A program made the position numbers and the translations under genes. Shown here in pieces: positions 54,445 through 58,459 of a stretch of 58,459 nucleotides of DNA. Source of the stretch: Geosiphon pyriformis uo1 (taxonomy: Eukaryota > Fungi > Glomeromycota); contig JAAOMT010000239.1 in assembly GCA_016748015.1 (NCBI GenBank), positions 30,359 through 88,817 on the forward strand. The letters are read 5' to 3'. Position 1 is the first letter of the stretch, and each line of letters begins with the position of its first letter. The notes beneath the pieces are model-generated. The model ran no database searches and was not told where the DNA came from. It was given only the letters and a program-made list of their open reading frames with translations.

Positions 54445-55019
54445 TATATATTAATTTTAGTGTAATTTTTACAGTATGTAAAATTGCATTTTTATGCTAA
54501 AACCAAAAATTATTATTGTTCAAAAACCTTAAAATACAAAATACTTGAAAATATCTGTATTAAAAATACAAATAAAAATATTACATGATATAAATATTTC
54601 TAATATATACAACTCAAATTATGTTTAACAATAGTAAAAAAATAAAGATCATAACTGTTTTTTTAATTTAATTAAATCAATATAAATTTATTATTTTATA
54701 TTTTTTTCCCAATTTTACACTGTTTAATTTCTTTCTTTTATTGTATTAAAATTTTTTTTAGTTCTAAATATTATATTTCTTATTAAATGAATTGGGTAAT
54801 TTTTAAAATTAATTGTTATTTTATGTCAAAATATATTATATTGAAAAAGATTGCTTATACTAAATATATGAATATAACGCATAAGAATAAAATCTTAACT
54901 TTTTGCTAATTATCACTTGGTCATTTGACAACTCTGGATACATTAATTACACTGGATAAATTGGCAATTTTCGATTATACACGTAATAGCTTAATTGCTT
55001 AAAAATTTCTCACGAGAAA

Positions 55020-55497
55020 CGAAATATAGTTTAAGCAATTATTTGAGCAAGCAAATGAAGTTTCTAAATATTTAAGTGAATAAAAAACTGATTAGGTTTG
55101 TTTAATATCTTTCCATCTTTAAATTTTCCGAGTTAGGCCGATGTGCGTGAAATCCCGATTTTAACCTCCATTTGAAAATCTTTAGAATATAATTAAAGAA
55201 TATAGTGTTTTATGTGTAGATTCTCCTAATAAAGTCTAGAGATGATGTAAAATGATTATTGAAAGAAGTAGTGAATAAGTTGCTTATTAATTAGCTATCC
55301 TAGGAATTATTTGTATCAAATATTAAAGGGCAAGATTTTCCTTCCGGTACTTTATATATACGGTAATACTTTAGAAGGAATTTTACAAAATATGTAATAT
55401 TTTTAAGTAAATGGCTATCTTATATGTTATTGTCATTCTTGTCTCCCTCTACCTTTACAAAACCAAATTCTTAAATGCGAAAAGTAATGGCTTGAAG
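55020..55497 (+). repeat. Inverted duplicate of P450 copy A upstream and 5' region (26852 to ~27330)
   Basis: Near-identical reverse complement, e.g. gttaggccgatgtgcgtgaaatcccgattttaacc. Confidence 0.9.
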
Positions 55498-56023
55498 GGA
55501 TTGCCTGAAGCACCAGGCCGGATTCCTATTCTTGGTAATTTTCCGATATTTTCAATTTAACAATATTAATAAATCCGTATAATATTTCAAGATTAAAATT
55601 TCAAATTCTTTTATGATATAGGACATGTCTTTTTTATAAGACGCACTATATATAAAACGTAATTATATTTTAATAACTCCAAATATTATTATTGTGAATT
55701 GTTTATTTTACTAAAATATATTTATTCAATATAGATTCGCTAAGTTGGGTGATATATTTACTATTTATATTGGCCCTCAGCGCTTTATAATTATAAACAG
55801 CCCCAAAGTTATTAATGATCTTATTGAAAAGCGTAACTATAAATTTTATTGATTTTCTGAGATTGACCTAGATATCTAATAAAATAGCAAATCTGACTAT
55901 CCATAGGAGGTGCCATTTATTCCTCTAAAAAACCCTCATATCTAATAACGACAACTTTGTTACGAGATAGGAGTATATTTGGTTCACCTTATAATGAGTG
56001 GTATCGAAAAGCGCAGCCATTAG
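55411..56023 (+). CDS. Cytochrome P450 copy B, exons 1-4, truncated by gap
   Basis: MAILYVIVIL...PEAPGRIPILGH...GDIFTIYIGPQRFIIINSPKVINDLIEKRGAIYSSK stays in frame across three introns. Confidence 0.88.
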
Positions 56024-57069
56024 GTAAGTGATTAATCAATCTTTTTGTTATTTATTTNNNNNNNNNNNNNNNNNNNNTTAGAACAAATTATAGAATAATT
56101 CAAATTGAAGTGTTTATTGGATTAATGCTTTTACTGTCTTACTAACTAGACTCATATATTAGAAAAGTACAAAGTTAAAGCACATATTAAGAATTTATCA
56201 TATTTTTTTTAAAAAGGTAAGATTGAATGGAAACATGTGGTTGCCTTTTGTGGATTTTATCAATTTTTTTATTCAAACACTGGGTATTATAACTTGTTGA
56301 TTAAAACTATTTTAAATTTAAGTTAATTTTAATTGCTATTATTTTAGTAAAATTAGCAGTTTTAAGTGGCTCTATTGTAACATTTAATTTAAATTTTAAG
56401 ATTAAATGAATAATTGATGACTTTTTTTAATTTGGAAATTAGTTTTGCAGTTTTTTCTATTATGACAATTTTAGTTAATGTAATAGTCGACACTAAATTT
56501 TCTCTAAAAAATGGAAAAGATATATAATTTTTACATCTATATACCAAAGTAATTAATTTTCAATTTTGAAAGTACAAACATAATTAATTTTTATTTTCAG
56601 TATTATTTTTCTAGCTATACCAATTTTTTAATAGTGAACTAACAGGATTATTATAATAACAGAGATTATCACCAACTAAATATATATGTTTAAATTTATG
56701 GATAGAATAGAAATAAAATTTTATAACTATAAAAAATTAAGAGACAGAGATGATTTGGTGTTGTCAAAAAATGGCTTTGTTGTAAATGTGATAATAGTGT
56801 CTCTTTGTCATGTAATGCCAAAAATGATAAATATTACAATGTTTTTTTGTTATATTATGTCCGAAATAATCTGATGCTGTTGCAAAATGGCTTTGTTTGC
56901 AAATATTTTTTAGTTATATAATACCAAATATAACCTAGTGTTGTTAAAAAATAACTTCGTTTGTAAATATCATAATAATTATGTTCAGTGTCTTTTTATT
57001 ATATAATATCAGAAATAATCTGATATTATTGAAAAATAGTTTCATTATTATTAAAATATTGATTAATTG

Positions 57070-57712
57070 TTAACTGTTTTTTAGAATTTCCTTCATTTTT
57101 TTGTATTCATATAATTTTTTTCTAAGTAAATTATGGTTTTCTATACAAAAATTTTCTTCTGTAAATTGCTCTTCAAATCTAATTACCTTTTTTAATGCTT
57201 CATATGCTTCTGTAATTGTAATTATAGCAGGTGGAGATTCTTCTAATTCTTCTTCCGAGTCATTAATTGTGTTGGTTTCAATTTGAGCATCGGCTAAAAC
57301 CATATCTACAATATCATTATCATCAAGAATATTTTCAGTGCCAATAATTTATCAACTGCTACAGTATAATCTTCGAAATTTTTGACCAATTATTGTGTAT
57401 TTGATGGTAAATTGTTGAATATATCCATAGTAATTGATGTTTCGGATTCTTGAATTTCTAATTCTTGATTATAGAAAAGAATATCCGTTTTTTGCCAACA
57501 GTTTTGAATTGTAACAGATGTTACTTGAAATCATGATTGAACAACATAATCAATTGCTTGTTTTATGTTTAATTAATTTCTAAAAAATAAATTAATATTA
57601 GATAAAATTATATAATATATAATGATAATAATGCTGTATATATTATATTACTTAACTATTCAATATTAATTTTTTGTTCAAATTGATGTAAAATATGTTG
57701 ACAATATAAGTG
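57070..57712 (-). mobile_element. pogo/Tigger transposase C-terminal fragment, disabled
   Basis: IKQAIDYVVQS*FQVTSVTIQNCWQKTDIL, then an acidic tail with ITITEAYEAL. Confidence 0.75.
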
Positions 57713-57731
57713 CTGTCTCTTATACACATCT
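57713..57731 (+). other. Nextera/Tn5 mosaic-end adapter contamination
   Basis: Exact 19-mer CTGTCTCTTATACACATCT at a junction between unrelated sequences. Confidence 0.97.
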
Positions 57732-57811
57732 TAAAATTTTTCTTCACATACTGTATATATACGGTAATACTTTAGAAGGAATTTTACAAAATTTGTAATA
57801 TTTTTAAGTAA

Positions 57812-58424
57812 ATGGCTCTCTTATATATTATTGTCATTCTTGTCTCCCTCTACCTTTACAAAACCAAATTCTTAAATGCGAAAAGTAATGGCTTGAAGGG
57901 ATTGCCTGAAGCACCAGGCCGGATTCCTATTCTTGGTAATTTTCCGATATTTTCAATTTAACACTATTAATAAATCCCCTATAATATTTCAAAATTAAAA
58001 CTTCAAATTCTTTTATGATATAGGACATGTCTTTTTAATAAGCCGCACTATGTATAAAACGTAATTATATTTTAATAACTCCATAAATTATTGTGAATTG
58101 TTTATTTTACTAAAATATATTTATTTAATATAGGCTCGCTAAGTTGGGTGATATATTTACAATTTATATTGGCCCTCAGCGCTTTATAATTATAAACAGC
58201 CCCAAAGTTATTAATGATCTTATTGAAAAACGTAATTATAAATTTTATTGATTTTCTGAGATTCGCCCCTAGATATCTAATAAAATAGCAAAATCTGACT
58301 ATCCATAGGAGGTGCCATTTATTCCTCTAAAAAACCATCATATCTAATAACGACAACTTTCTCACGAGATAGGAGTATATTTGGTTCACCTTATAATGAG
58401 TGGTATCGAAAAGCGCAGCCATTA
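57812..58424 (+). CDS. Cytochrome P450 copy C, exons 1-4, runs off window end
   Basis: Same exon structure as copy B. The 5' codons are identical to copy A (MALLYIIVIL). Confidence 0.85.
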
Positions 58425-58459
58425 GGTAAGTGATTAATCAATCTTTTTGTTATTTATTT

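Noticed and set aside
57713-57731. Horizontal transfer of bacterial Tn5
   Set aside because: The sequence is the engineered mosaic end used in library preparation, with no IS50 sequence around it.

Overview
AT-rich, intron-rich eukaryotic DNA from a draft scaffold with several N gaps and one leftover Nextera/Tn5 adapter. The gene families (TKL kinases, Sel1 repeats, MLKL-like kinases) and the roughly 80-nt GT-AG introns point to an arbuscular mycorrhizal (Glomeromycota-like) fungus; this is inference. Main contents: (1) a 33-exon gene of about 2,250 aa (2835-12303) that the ORF track fragments. It encodes an N-terminal unknown region, a VLIG/GBP/RHD3-class P-loop GTPase, a long Cys/His-rich region and a C-terminal VWA domain, and I found only one lesion (a 1-nt frameshift near 4039). 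(2) One intact TKL kinase plus several kinase pseudogenes. (3) A decayed MLKL-like N-terminal domain/pseudokinase/Sel1 gene and a 5'-truncated paralogue. (4) A Sel1-kinase locus with 10 near-identical 108-bp repeats that vary at a few codons. (5) A multi-copy cytochrome P450. (6) DNA transposon relics: a complete-boundary hAT with an 8-bp TSD, pogo/Tigger, and Tc1. Three long-range inverted pairs bracket these genes. The best candidate for an undescribed system is a fungal innate-immunity/cell-death-like locus combining the giant GTPase-Zn-VWA protein, the MLKL-like pseudokinase and the variable Sel1 repeat protein. Function is inferred from architecture only, and long-range order is uncertain because of assembly artefacts.
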